Shown in pieces: positions 41,019 through 55,682 of a stretch of DNA of 64,000 bases (the first letter of the stretch is position 1; every line of letters begins with the position of its first letter). The stretch is from NCBI RefSeq assembly GCF_006345805.1, contig NC_042997.1:36208001-36272000 (forward strand), in the 5' to 3' direction. Below the pieces are notes generated by a model. The model saw nothing but the letters and a program-made list of their open reading frames with translations. It was not told where the DNA came from and made no database searches. The translations under genes were made by a program, and so were the position numbers. This DNA comes from Octopus sinensis. Lineage: Eukaryota.

Positions 41019-42274
41019 ATACGTAGACAAATAGAGAGAATATAAATCTTGACATTTAGATACAATATTTACGTAAGATCGTCCTCACAATATGTTTAAT
41101 ATCGAAAAGAAAAGATGAAAGACATAAGCAAACACACTTTTATTTAAAGTATACAGAAGTACTTAAAATATCACAAAGGGACTTTGTGTGAAGCTTTATA
41201 GCTTTCTTCGGGACTTTCGTCTTTTAAATATATAGTAACATTTTAAATGTTTTTTTTGTTTAAAAAAAAACAAACTCGGAACAGATGGTGAGACATGACT
41301 ATATAAGAAAGTCCGAGTATGAGATTGATAGAGCATATTAACTATAGCATATGCAACGAGATGGGAAGGAGGGAGAAACTGAAATATCGGGAATAGAGGG
41401 GGAAAAGCAAAAAGACAGATAGGGTGGAAGAGAGATATAACATTTTCATCGAAATTGTTTGACCTTTATAGATATTATTTTAAAACATATATGTAGATAT
41501 TTTATGAAATATCCAATACAAGTTTCCAGGAGAGGGTGGAATAAAAACAAAACAAATGCGCAAATAAACGAAAGAAAACAATCAATAGACGTAATACAAA
41601 GACAACAAACCAGGAAAATACGCTTTGAAGATTGTATATAATCACAAATCTACTATTAATATAACTGAGAAATCAATGTTAGCTTTATATATTTCGTGGC
41701 AGCCGAAAACCACGAGATTAAAGCAATGTCTACGTGGAGATTAAAGCGAGACATTATCAAACAGATGTTATTAGTTACGTCATTTGCATTTAGATTTAAA
41801 ATCATCTGCACATTTTTTTCATTTTCCTGGCCATAATTTTCCGATTTATACGTACACACATACACACACAGTTATGATTATGTTTACACATTTACTTACA
41901 TATATGTGTGTGTGTGCTTGTGTGCGTGCGTACGTGCATGCTGTATGCGTATATAAAATTTTAAATATACATCACATTAATATATGTCATGAACATTCCT
42001 TACATATATGTGCCAAATGCACGTGTCAATACATGCATATTAAGTTATATCATGTATTATATTACAATATATATTGTTATGTTATATTACATTACATTCT
42101 ATAATATAGCCACGAATAATGGAGTTGTTAGGGAAGTGAGAGCGAGTATCTGGCACTGCAAATAAAGCAGTCTACCTGAAAGGGGTTCAATCCTGTTTTA
42201 TCATCTATTTATCAAAACCTTTTATATCATAATACAAGAACTTAACCCCAGATGCCCCTGGCAGGTTCTATATG

Positions 42275-43170
42275 CCATTTACTTCCTTCTTATAAATGAA
42301 TCTATTGTAGAATTAGAAAATAAATTCCAGGTATGGAAACCAAAACTGGAATCAATAGGCCTCATTGTTAACTTAGCAAACAACGTATTTAGTAAGCCGA
42401 AAGCGAAACACGAGTCGATTATTTTCAGGAAAATGGGCTTGTTTTGAAGAAAAGTAGTAGAAAGACATTTCATAGACCATACCCCATACAGTGAACAAAC
42501 AATCTGTTGAGATGCATCAAAAACTGGTATAAAGGGAAAGTAATCTTTTAACTAACATATGCGCAAGAACAGTAAACACTCCTAACGGACGAGAAATATG
42601 CTTCGGAGTATCTCTTCAGGTAGTAGTTATTTTTTCTTATTATGGAGATCCAATTAGCAGTGGAAGAACATATACTGGAGGGGGTACAGTGATCTATTAA
42701 CACAACAGGTAAAAATAAAGTTTGCTACCTTAGTAAATGAGGCAGAGGGCACAATGATTTTTCAAGTATATAGCAACAGTATATAGTTGTGAGACAATAG
42801 CCCTGAAAACACAAGATTGCGGAGATTAGAAGGGAATAAAGAAAGCATGATTTGCTTGATGTGCAAAGTCAGGTTAAATGTATGGTGAAATAGAAATATG
42901 TGAAAAGTAAAACTGCGCAGAAAACAGCCTGGATATAATATGTATGAGAAAAGACTGTGAAAGCGTGGGCCATTTTATGTGCTTGAATAAGGTGAACTTT
43001 ATAAAGAAGTGTCAATCTCTTAGTGTAGAATCAGGTGGACTTAAGAAAACGTGGGACGAATTACTGGTAGAAATTAGCCTACGTATGCATACAGCAAAGG
43101 CCCTAGCTAAAAAACTGATGACCTGAGCACGACATGAATCCCTGATTATGGCAAAATAGATGTTATTAAC
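42275..43170 (+). pseudogene. RTE-clade LINE 3' fragment
   Basis: ESIVELENKFQVWKPKLESIGLIVNLA (post-YADD RT region) and GGLKKTWDE (GRPRKTW-like C-terminus). Confidence 0.7.
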
Positions 43171-43658
43171 GCCTTCTGTGTATACACACAATTTATCTTC
43201 ACTACAAAGGTGTCTCTGTCAAACCTTACCATTTCATCACTTCTTATGTCTGGATTTTTAAATTGATGCATTAATCTGCTACTACACTTTCACGAGGACA
43301 GAATTAGAAAGTTCTTCTCCTTTCTAGGCTACCACTTCTCTGCCATTCTAAAATGAACAACTATCTTTAGACAGCCATCCCTCATTCTCAACATCGTCCA
43401 TCCTTTTCTTTTCGACTGATCATCTTTTAATTGCTACGAGTTATCCATCCACTAGCCATGTACTTCATCTTTTGAAGAGGCATACCACCTACTCATATTT
43501 GCCAATCACCACATCTTCACTTTAAATTCACCCTTGAATATCTCTGTGACTGCATCACTATCAATATATATATATATATATATATATATCTTTCTCTTTC
43601 TTTCTCTCTCTTTATTTCTCTCCCTTTCTCTCAGTCTATCTATCTTTATATCTATCTT

Positions 43659-43712
<54 letters not shown>

Positions 43713-44873
43713 AATCTATCTGTATTTGTCTCTCCATCGCTGATTTTAGAGACTAAAGGACTATCCAGGCAATATCTCGGTAGTATAATTACCATAACTC
43801 GGTAAATTATTTCCCCAGGCATAATTAATTTAATTTTCAACTGCTAAAGTCATTAATATTTACGGTGATACCACCTCATATGATGAGCGGAGAAATTTTA
43901 ATTTTCTATGTTTGATTATTATGCCTTAGTAGTGGGTTGAAATCATTCGTTAGATTCGGATAAGTCAACGAGGATAATCCGGTTGAATATATTTACTATT
44001 ACTAATTGCGTTCATCACGGAAATCACAACTAATCACATCGTAAAAATAACCATCACCAGCATCATCAGTTCTAAGTCATTCTTCACAAGGTCATCTTTC
44101 CTTCATCTTCAGTGGAAGTAGAATTATTAGTTAATCATATTTTTGTCCAAATTTATATTATTAAATGTGTTAAATTAAATGCAATCACTCAAATTTCCCT
44201 GATATGGATTAAGTTACTTAATATGTAAATATTATATAATGCATTCTATTCAATTACAAGACAAAACTCTATTGTTACCTTGTTCCTTAAATTCCATTGA
44301 ATTAAATTATAACACTATCCCTCTGCAACGTGTACCTTAATGAGCTGTTAATACATAATCGAATTATCAAATTAACTACTATTCTCTTATTTAACACATA
44401 ACAGACAATTCAAATTATGATAGCGTCCCACAACAATGTATTCTTATACGCAACTGAATAATAATTCTGCAAAATCCCATTGATATCCTCCTCCTACCAT
44501 ACGAAACTAGTACTACACATCCTTGTAATATGTTCTAGTAGCCTACACATAGTGTAAACAATTGCGATATTACTCACTTTTCATTCCTTTTCCGTCCTCG
44601 TGAATTGAGATTAACGATGTCTAATCTGTGTATTTCAAGAGTAACAAACAGCGAGGATTTAACCAACAAATTAATCCAACGTCATAGTAAACCGTAAGAA
44701 CTCTATGACTAACCACATAGGCCGAAACAGATTGGAATGATACGCATTCATGACAGACATTCACTTAAGCTGTGTAATATGTGAAAAAAAACAAAACAAA
44801 ATGAAATGCACTGCTCAGAAAGAAAAGAAAAGAAAAGAAAATGCTAGTTGTGGATTTGAACGTATTAAACACA

Positions 44874-45233
44874 TCTCTCTCTATATAAACGGCAGTTTGT
44901 CTGACTGCGTGTCTGTCAGGTTGTACCCTCACCCTGACCACGGCTTTCAACCGATTCTGATGAAACTTGACACACACATAGCCCATAACGCAGCGAAAAT
45001 TTTGAAAAGTTCCCCCAGTTCTGAAAAAAATCGATAAATTCGACATGGGGTCGAGAATCAGGAATACGAACCACAAACTGTCTAGGGGACGCAACTCTAC
45101 CTCTTTTAAATCTCAAAAAAAAATTTACCATCATTTTTTTCCATTTTCTGGCTATTTTTTGGCTATAACTCTCTAAAAATGCTTTATAGTTATTTCCCTT
45201 ACAAACCTGAGCAACGCCGGGCGATACTGCTAG
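44874..45233 (+). mobile_element. Non-autonomous Helitron
   Basis: 5' TC start, 3' CTAG end, subterminal imperfect hairpin CCTGAGCAACGCCGGG, inserted between A and T, no TSD. Confidence 0.85.
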
Positions 45234-46578
45234 TAAATAATATATAGAATATTTCCTGAAATACGTATCGATCATGAGTAGAACATAGCAAGATTATTAA
45301 TAGACTATTCTACTGGACTCCCAAAGTACTATTCATATATGAAGTTGCAACATGCCAAAATCAGTTTAGAGACAGAGTAAAACTAAAATATTGACCTCAA
45401 GTTCACGATGATATTCACATTCGTGTGTGATAGAGAAAAATATATCGTTTCCTTGCGTATAATATCTACTTAAGCCCAATGGGCAATATTGTCATGACAG
45501 ATTCTATCTGTTGCAAATGATTTGCTGAATATTAAGAAATTTTTCCTGTGATTGTGGATTGTAGCTCTATGAATGAACTGAACCATAAAACCAGCTGGAT
45601 CTGAACAACTACAAGTATTTCTGAAGAAGAGAAATCTATCATACTATGGGAAATGTATAATTAGCTATATCGTGTATTTGAACAACTTGTACACACAAAA
45701 AAAAATTGCTGAAGATTCAGATGAATTAACTACCTATAATTGAAATATTCGTGATGACGTGTATTAAGTCTATTCATATATCTTTCATCTAATAATGCAA
45801 TTCATATCATATCTGATCAATATTGTGGACTGTTACACGGAATATTTCAGAAGATTCCTTACTTCAATGTTCTTTTGTGTAGTGGAGATCTACATGTTGT
45901 GGTTTGAAGTCATAACGAAGTCTTTCAGAAAGTTATGATAGGAGATGGGTGAGAATTATAGCTAATGATGCTAGCATAGCTAGGAATGGAATTAAAACGG
46001 CAGTTACAAGTTTGAGAGAGACTGAAATCATAGTTACAGTTACCTCCACACAAATACGAACTGATACACACACAAACACACACATACACACACACATTTA
46101 TATATGCATACACTTATGAATACTCAGACACGCATAGAAACAGAGACAGGGAGAGGGGAAACTGAAAGCTATAAGCTTGTAATGAGATAGAAGACATTGA
46201 TAGACAGAAGAAAGAAAGTTAAAAAGAAGGAATCAAGCAAACAAAGACAAGAACAAAGCGAGAATGAATGAATGAAAGGTAGAAAGAAGAAAAGAAAGAA
46301 ACGAAATACTTCGATAATGTATTATAAGATGGCGATTCTTGATTTAGAGTTTCACGCCGGCAATTTTACGAACGATTAAAGTAGGAAAATCTCGTAAATT
46401 ATATTTTAAAAAACTATCGCAAATATTTTATTTGCCAAGAATTGGTAGCTAGACATTTACCAATCCACGCGCACACGCACACATACATACAAACACACAG
46501 CTTTATGTATGACAAGTATCACGGGTTTCGTATATGCCTGCATGTTTGACTGAGTATATATAAATGTATACAGGCATA

Positions 46579-46959
46579 CTTTTCTACTCCAGGCACAAGG
46601 CACCAAATTTTTAGGGAGGAGCTGGTCGATTAGATCGACCCCCTTACGCGACTGGTACGTAATTTATCGGCCCCGAAAGGCAAAGTGGACCTCAGCGGAA
46701 TTTGAACTTAGAAGGTAAAGACAGACGAACCATCTATTTCTTTACTACCTACTAGAGGCTAAACACAGAGGGGACAAACAAGAACAGACAAACGAATTAA
46801 TTCGATTACATCGACCCCAGTGCGTAACTGGTACTTAATTTATCCACTCCGAAAAGATGAAAGGCAAAGTCGACCTCGGCGGAATTTGAACTCAGAAAGT
46901 AACGACAGACGAAATACCACTAAGCATTTCGCCCGGCGTGCTAACGTTTCTGCCACCTC
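46579..46959 (-). mobile_element. Two adjacent SINE family B copies
   Basis: 46579-46730 and 46733-46959 each match the reverse complement of 61242-61460. Confidence 0.8.
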
Positions 46960-47273
46960 GATGCCTTGTGTATACAGATATATTCTAGCTGCTATTGTTT
47001 TTACTAATTGTGTTAGATTCCTATAGAGTCGCAGGGCTGTGTTTGGCAGAAACAACGGCCTGTCGCATTTGACTAAAGAGATCCACGATACACCTGTCAG
47101 CTGCAGCATGACTGCCCGGCCCAAGCATCAAGCTGGCTCTGAATCGTGTCTGAAAATAAGAGGATGAACAGTGCAACGCATTTAATATTCAAAAACGTGC
47201 GTGATAAAGATACACTCACACGCATACACATGCTCTCAAGCACAGAAAAATGGGCACATATATATATGTATGT

Positions 47274-47361
<88 letters not shown>

Positions 47362-47387
47362 TTATCTCTCTCTCTATACATACACAT

Positions 47388-47439
<52 letters not shown>

Positions 47440-47659
47440 GTGTGTGTGTGGGGATTATTTTATCAAAATGGCTAGCACTATTCACGCATACAAATATATA
47501 TATGTTTATCTATCTCTCTCTCTATCTATCTATCTATCTATCTATATATATATATATATATATCTATCTATCTATCTATCTATCTATTATCTCTCTCTCT
47601 CTATATATATATATATATGTGTGTGTGTGGTGTGTGTGTGGTGTGTGTGTGTGTGTGTG

Positions 47660-48022
47660 TTATTTTATCTTTTATTTGTTTCAGTCATTACACTGCAGCC
47701 ATACTGGAGCACCGACTTGAATAAATTTTAGTTACATGAATCATTCCCGCAGTACTTATTCTTTTGTTAAGAATAGTACTTACTCTATCAGCTCATCCAC
47801 CCTTTTGCCGAATCGCTAGATAACGAGAACGTAAACGCATCATTACCTGAACAGGTCAAGGTAGCGAGCTTACAGAATCGTTAACACGTCGGGCAAAATG
47901 GCTAGCACTATTTCGTCCGCCTTTGCGATCTAAATTCACATTCCACCGAGATCGACTTTGCCTTGCATCATTTCGGGTTCGACAAAATTGAGTACCAGTG
48001 AAATACTGGAGTCGATGTAATA
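47660..48022. mobile_element. Decayed SINE A (minus, 47660-47840) and SINE B (plus, 47859-48022)
   Basis: TTGTTTCAGTCAT..CTGGAGCACCG (family A) and GCGAGCTTACAGAATCGTTA..GACTTTGCC (family B). Confidence 0.65.
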
Positions 48023-48769
48023 GAACATATATGATTGATCACTTTAAAATCTTAACCATTCAGTATATTGCGTTGTACGCTACACATCTAACGTATCCTT
48101 TCCTTATGTAATGAGAAAATATTTGGGGGAGATCTGGTTGTCACTTTCAGGGAGGATCATCTGTAGCATAGTAAAGCTGCCAGCTTGATCTATATAATTA
48201 AGGAACATATACTTTCGTTGTTGTTTTTAAATTCTTTCTCCCATTGACTGTCCAACTGAAATTGGTCATAAACAACAACGGAAACGATGATAATGTAACT
48301 CGTTGACTTTGTATTTCCCCTTATTTCTATTCCTCACGCATTATTTTACAATATTTATGTCAATATCAATTTCTCTCTTTTTCACCGACTGTCTTGTCCC
48401 TCTCTCTCTCTCTATCTATACGTCTGTCTCTCTGTCTATCTATCGATATCTGATAAGATCATTTCCTTTGTCGTTTCTTTTTTCATATCCTCTGGACATG
48501 GTACGTGCTCATGAACATCTCATTCGTGTATGCCAACAAATATCTAGGAAATCACAGTTTACTAACAGAGAAATAAAGAACATTCTCGTACGTTATTGAG
48601 TCGCAAGTTATTTTATTTCTAACCTTTTCTTTTAAGAACTTTTCATCATTCGTATACTTTATGTTGTACTAAAGAATTACTGCAGTTTAGAATAAGCATA
48701 TTAAACCGATCCCAAACACCCATTAACATGTGAAAGTAGAGACGGGTATACGCATGTCAGTTAATAACT

Positions 48770-48800
<31 letters not shown>

Positions 48801-49302
48801 TAGAAAGAAAGAAAGAAAAAGAGAGATATGTACATATATGCAAATTCATACAAATGCACATACATATGGCATTTACTATGTAGTTGGTCGAATTGTTCAG
48901 TTACTAAAGAAGGTAGTTTCTAACAAAGTACGATATCGCTAAAGCAATCAACTACAGATCGTCAGTAGCATATATATATATATATATATGATGTGTGGAC
49001 TTAGAACCTTGTTGACAGGCCGCTGGTATTTATAGAGTGTTAAACATATTCGATAAGCAAATTAGGGAGTCCTTCATAGAGTAACCGTTTCATTTATTGA
49101 GTATATAAACAGTCTGGTTGCTTGTTACTCTGGACATTGTCAAAATGATGTGCACGCCTCTAATGAGAACTCCATATGGTTCGAATATTGATTAAGTTTG
49201 TTCATCATTTTTTTAAAGTCTGCGGAGAAATGGCCCAAAATTTGCCCTGTTTATAATTATTCTATATGTTATTTATACATATACATACATTATAACCCCC
49301 CC

Positions 49303-49340
<38 letters not shown>

Positions 49341-49689
49341 ACGATGGTTCTATTACAATTTTTATGTTCCAAATCCATTTACAAATCTTTGATCAGTCCT
49401 CGACTTTAGGTGCCTCACAATGAGATTGAACTCTTGAACATAGATCCATGTGGATGGGAACCAAACGTCGTACACAAAGCTACGCCTGCTCTTCTTGCCA
49501 CACAGAAACGTCCTTCATAAAGTAACAGTATACGAACACAGACGCACGGACACAGTTGCTAATGTTTATATAACTTATCTTTATAGTTAATAAATAATAT
49601 TATTCTGCTCTTCCGTTAGTCTCATCAAAAATCTTTCTTGTAATTATTTTTGCAAGAATATATATTTATTCAAAAAATAATGTATTCAT

Positions 49690-50030
49690 TTCCTACTATT
49701 TAATCCATTTTGTATTGGTCTGTCTTTTTCCATCGATTGTGTGAAATGTTTTTGGCAAGAATAGAAATATGCAAAATGTCATTAAAAGTTTTAGAAATAA
49801 ATTATCCTTCCTTATGTTTGATCTACCTTCCGGGACGACTAACAACATTAATAAAGTGGATATGGCTAATTGTTTGTCGGTACTTGCCAAGTTATTAAAA
49901 GTGTCCATTTTATGTCCATTTTATGTTACAAGGTATTTCTTAGTTACGGTTGATTCGTGGTGAGCTAAATAGCATCTCGTAAATTAAGTCGCTGGCTGGC
50001 AATAGATTATTACATTACCACTAGTGAAGA
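49690..50030 (+). pseudogene. Possible Ty3/gypsy integrase remnant
   Basis: LYW..C (zinc-binding end) and PFYVTRYFLVTVDSW resemble GPFxGxxFLVVVDSYSKW. Confidence 0.35.
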
Positions 50031-50194
50031 TGGCACATAATCAAAAAATTACCAAACATAATTGATATCTCTGTATTATCTGTATGAACGTGTGTGCTTG
50101 TAATGTAGGTGTCTACGTGTGCAGCGTATATTAATATGAGTGCGTGTGTGTGTGCGGGTATGTGTATGAATGAATGTATGTACATATATATATA

Positions 50195-50252
<58 letters not shown>

Positions 50253-50961
50253 CCATGTCATAACTTATCCAAGTGGGATAGAGATCAAAAGTTAAAATAC
50301 TTGGAATAGCAATAGCAATATTTTGCAATGTTAAATTAATGAGTTTGCGAAAATAGTACACCAATGTTTGGAATGACAATTCTATATCAGATTCTTTAAC
50401 TTCCTGATTTAGATTTCAGCGTTCAGTAACTTTCACTTTGAATTTACTCTCAAATTATGCAGTGATGACTTAATAAGTAAAGGACAAATGAGGTAATATG
50501 ATGTGGTGAGTTAAAAAGTAGACAATGCTTACAAATAGACCAAAAAGTCTGTTGAATACGATATTGTTTAAACGATATACAAGAATTAATTTTATATTTC
50601 AGATTAATGATGTGTGTAAAAGAACATATTTTCTGTACTAAACAATGCTTCCCACAAATTCAGACCATACGATACAGCTTCAAGTATTGTCGGGTCTTTA
50701 TTTCCAGTCTCCATGTACACTACCACAAACACACATTCTCGAGTGTTTAAGTCATATACGTTTTTCTATCATTTTTTAAATCTTCGTAGCCTACCCTTTC
50801 TGTAGAAGAGCTTACACAACCCTTTCCCTTGAGCGTTAAAAGTATATATACTTTCTTGTTATTCTTGCACTCCGACTTTGTACTTTTTGTATCTGTGAAA
50901 CATACACGCCCCCCACACACAATCTACTTTTCCGTGAACTAAATATATATATATAGGCAAA

Positions 50962-51839
50962 TACATGCTCTGGTTAATAAGTATCCGGACTATTGCTATA
51001 GTAACGAGCTAAAATAGGCATAGTGAAGTCACTCGGCACAGATTTTCCTTGAACACTGATATGCATGTGCACTAAGTTTCAACGTTCTAGCTCACTTCCG
51101 CTGTTTACAGCAGTGATTGGAAGGAAGGTGTGTAACGTGTAATCATCGCATTCACCATGACAGAGAAAGGTGAGCGGAGAATCGGCGTCAAATTTTGCTA
51201 AAAGCCTGGCAATACCTGCTCAGAGGCTTATGCAAAGTTTTTTAAAACGTTTTCATCGTTCTCAGCCCAATCAAGGAGACCTTGTGCAACTGAAACCCGA
51301 GTGTCCTTTCAGTTAGCTGAAAGCTGTTTTAGCACAAACTTGGTAGACACGCGTGCCATACACAGATCTTCAGTGATAAAGGAGTGAACAGAATTTTAAC
51401 TAATTTCCACATCCTCTGAAAGCTCACCAATGGTAATTCGAGGATTTCGCCTCACAGCTGCACGCACATCTGTGATGTTTTTCTCAGTTCTTCTGGTTGC
51501 AGGTCTCCCAGATCATTCGTCAATATCGACATTTTTTCGGCCATCGTGGAAACTTCTGAAACACTCGCACACTTTTGTGCAGCTCATACACGTCTCTCCA
51601 TACATTTCTGCAAATTTGCATAGGTCTATGATCAGGTATCGCCATGACACCTCATGCGCTACACAGCTTCCCTTTGAAGCACTGCTGTAAGCAGTGGAAG
51701 AGGAAGTGAACTAGAAGCCAAAACTTAGTGCGCATGCACAGCAGAGTTCGAGGTCAATCTCTGCCAAGCGGCTTCACTTTGTGTGCTTTAGCTTTGTTAC
51801 TATGGCAACAGTTCAGATACTAATTGATGATACTCCGTA
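50962..51839. mobile_element. Mariner-derived fold-back element with two inverted 5' ends
   Basis: Imperfect inverted termini of about 150 bp. Plus strand MTEKGERRIGVKFC*KPG at 51158; minus strand YGETCMSCTKV...SGRPATRRT...ITIGELSEDV transposase N-terminus. Confidence 0.75.
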
Positions 51840-51907
51840 GAAGGATTGACAAACAGTCAGACAGACAGACTGACAGATCGATCAATCAATCAACCGATAA
51901 ATATATA

Positions 51908-51968
<61 letters not shown>

Positions 51969-52383
51969 ATATATATAGATAGATAGATAGATAGATATAT
52001 AGATAGATAAACAAATAGATAGGGATTTTGCGCTTACTGATGTATATACTCCGAAAATAATTCTGAATAATCACTTCTCGATCCTGTTTGCTCTTGTTTG
52101 GTGCAATCCACAGGGCTCTGCTAGAATTGAAGAACAGGAGGATTTTATATGTGATAATGTGTTTGCAGTTATATTCACCCCTTCGTATGCGCCAATGCGT
52201 ATTTTGTGTATTTGTATATCCATTTATTATCGATTTTTACTATCTGTTATTAAAAGTAATGGGGAAAAACTGCGTGCGATAATATTATTAGACTGTAAAT
52301 ATCATCCAACTATAAGGAACTAATATACGCCTTGCTGCTGCTATAAATGATGATACTACAGCAGCAAATTATGCTGCATTTCA

Positions 52384-52415
<32 letters not shown>

Positions 52416-52914
52416 ATTTATGTACTATAGATTCACACTTTTGATATTGATATGAATAGAATGACTGTATTTACTCATGATCCAAATTTTATGCAACAAA
52501 GTGATTCCATATTTTTCCAAAGCATTTATTTGATTCAAGCAACAAAATTCTCTATTTTGCATTGCCATATGAACATTTGATCTGCGCCTGCGGCTATTGT
52601 TGGCTCAGTCACTATGAGTACAACGTCAGCATATCTCTCATCAGTGCGGCTAGTAATATGATAGCGTCAGGTCGTATAATTGTCTCCTCATTTTTACATA
52701 TAAATCTTCCTTTTACCATCAACAAAGAACAGACTATTCAAAGTAAGAAAAAACACATTATTGAATGCTTAAAAACATATTTTAGTACAAGAAATAATCT
52801 CTATCTAATCCGGTCAAATTGTATGTAACTTGTATAAAATTCATTCCAAATATTTTAGGGAATATAACAAAAAAATGGTTAACAGAACATCAAATATTAC
52901 TATTATTTTCAAAT

Positions 52915-53105
52915 TTTGGCACACTGCCAGCAATGTCACGGTATTGGGTAAATCGATTCCAGTATTCAAATGGTATCTATTTTCTCGTCACGAAAGTATC
53001 GATAAAATATGTCGACCTCGACGGAATTTGAACTCAGAACGTGAAGACGGCCAAAACACCACTAAGCATTTCGCCCGTCGTGGTAACAGTTGTACACGCT
53101 CGTTG
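52915..53105 (-). mobile_element. Decayed SINE family B
   Basis: GTCGACCTCGACGGAATTTGAACTCAGAAC...AAGCATTTCGCCCG shared with 46860-46940. Confidence 0.7.
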
Positions 53106-53504
53106 ACTTAAAATTTGATACTAATATTTTGTAAAACATCTTAAATGAAAATTATAATTTCTTAATATTTATATATCAAAGAAAGTCATAGGATGTGTTT
53201 TAACCATTCGGTCCCGCAACAAGTTACGTCCGAGGTATCATGTTGGAGACACAGTAATCAACATCTAATAATAAAGAGAAGTCTGATGTGAGACACACAG
53301 TCTATAGGATAAAATAAAATAGTCTTTAATTATAATATCTGTATTTCCGTCTACGTCAGCAAGACAATTACATTACCGAATAATATAGCATTAAGCATTT
53401 AATTAAAAAAGGATTATATACGCACACACACACACCTCCTATCACCCATCCAAATACATGTATATTTGTGTGGATGCACGTGCGCACATTCACGCACACA
53501 TACA

Positions 53505-53615
<111 letters not shown>

Positions 53616-53699
53616 ATATATATGTATGTATGTATATATGTATATATGTATATATAATGTGGTAACTGCATAGATATCCAGAAAAGGTTATCAGCAGGA

Positions 53700-55600
53700 G
53701 CTTTAACTAAGCGATAAATTTTACGGAAGGACCATCCCAACGTCAATAATCATTATTGAGCAGTGGATCTGAATGTAAAGTGAGTGTTTAGAGAGTAAGG
53801 TTTCTTTATACTAAGGTAATAACAGGGAATTATCTGTTGTAACGTACCTCTTTTCACAGACATAGCTGGATACTCCGATATTCCAGTTAAAGAGCCGTTT
53901 ACATTTTCCCTTCGTCTTGATTCGAGGTACAAAAATAAAAATAAAACTGAAAATATAGAAGTTCACGGGAATGCTGCTAATGTTGTTTATTGTGTGACAT
54001 CAACCAATCATTCAAAACAATCTCGGATAACATAGTTTGTGGCAAACCACGGACAAGCCCAAGCCATTTACAATAAATTATATTTCAGAGACTTAAACCT
54101 GTTTCATTCGAGACATATTCAAACAACTTCAAGTTAAATAACCTTATATGAAACACTGTAGCCATTGTGCATTCATATTATCATCAATTGTTGACGTCAC
54201 GAACGAAAGAGCATAAAGAAAACTGTTCCACCAAATAGAAACGATCCAAGATTGATTTCACTGTAACGATAGGATAAAATCAAACAGCTCATCTGCAAAG
54301 AGCGGAAAGCACAGATGTTGCATAAGCAAGATTAAAGCCCAAGACTCACAATAACTGTCGCTGAAATAGTCAAATACCAATGTCGACTGAAATTTAGAAG
54401 AATAAGGAGAACATTCTCTACCAAATTAAAGAGATAGAGTTTCAAAACAGTGCTGATCTCAGAATATATTAAATTGCATGCACTTGGCTTACTGTGAACA
54501 TTGATATATGCTTATCAAAAATGTGGCTCAATAGTTGCAGATAAGATGAGGATTTTGATAGATGTACAATAGTATATTTCTGTCGCAAAAAAGTTGGGTT
54601 TTTTTTACTTCTGAAACGGAATTTTAAAAAAGAAAAAAAATTCAGATAGTTTCGAGTGAAATCTCCCAGTCATTCTGAAAAAAGTATGAATGGATATGTT
54701 TCCATCTTTTAGATTGGTGACTAACTGCCCAACATTGAATTCTCATTCTGATCTTGAATCTTTGATCGTGCCGAAACGAATTTAAAGTTGGTGTCATTAT
54801 CCTTACTTCTATTATCATTTGGAGCATCAACTTAGAATGATAGTTTTTCCAATCACATGTAAAATATTTGTGAGATTTATAACCAGCCATCCCCGGCCTC
54901 TGGGGAAATACTTTCTTCTCCAAACTCAATATTGAGGCACAATCGAAAATATCCTCTGTGCAAAGCAACTGCAAAGAAAAGCCCAGAAAAATTGAAACTA
55001 CTCTTTTTTTGTTTCATACGTCTTGTAAAATACTCTTGACAATTTGCCAGAAGGTATCCTTTCACGTTATTGACTGAAGGAGTGAGAGGCGACGGTACGA
55101 AGGTTTCGTTTTTGCAAAAAAAAACGATAATTTCTAAATATATTCTATTTCATACACAACAAATCTCTCCTTGAAAATGTAGCACTTGAAGCTAAGATCT
55201 ACCAACACGGAAGACAATGATCAAGACATGATGAAAGAAGGTACTTTCCTCTCATATACTTTTCAGTGAATAAACCACTAAGACAGATCGAAAAGGTCTC
55301 CCCTTAACTGGTACAAAACAAGCTAAAAGTAGCTTTTACACTAGCTGGAATTCAGACAAAATCTTAGGAAACTGAAGACCATAAGCGTTCCACCAGACTC
55401 CTTTTTTTCGCCTCAGAAATAATCATTTCAAATCAGAAAGAACAAATCATGTAGGCAAGTGTAAAGAAACTAACATAAAGATATAACTATCTCGGCCTCT
55501 ATGAAAACTGTCTTGTAATCTTTATCCTCTCTCGTTTCACCTGGATATTGGTCTTTCCTTCCATTAACGCCAGTAGCATTGAGAGAAGAAAGAAACAGAA
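53700..55600 (-). pseudogene. Possible decayed DIRS-like retroelement (RNase H/MT region)
   Basis: LQLLCTEDIFDCASILSLEKKVFP...DW loosely resembles the DIRS RNase H C-terminus (LQxIAxxIFxxCxxxxIxLExxWIP...DDW). Boundaries uncertain. Confidence 0.3.
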
Positions 55601-55630
55601 ATAAGGTGGAATACTCAGTTATTTATATAG

Positions 55631-55676
<46 letters not shown>

Positions 55677-55682
<6 letters not shown>

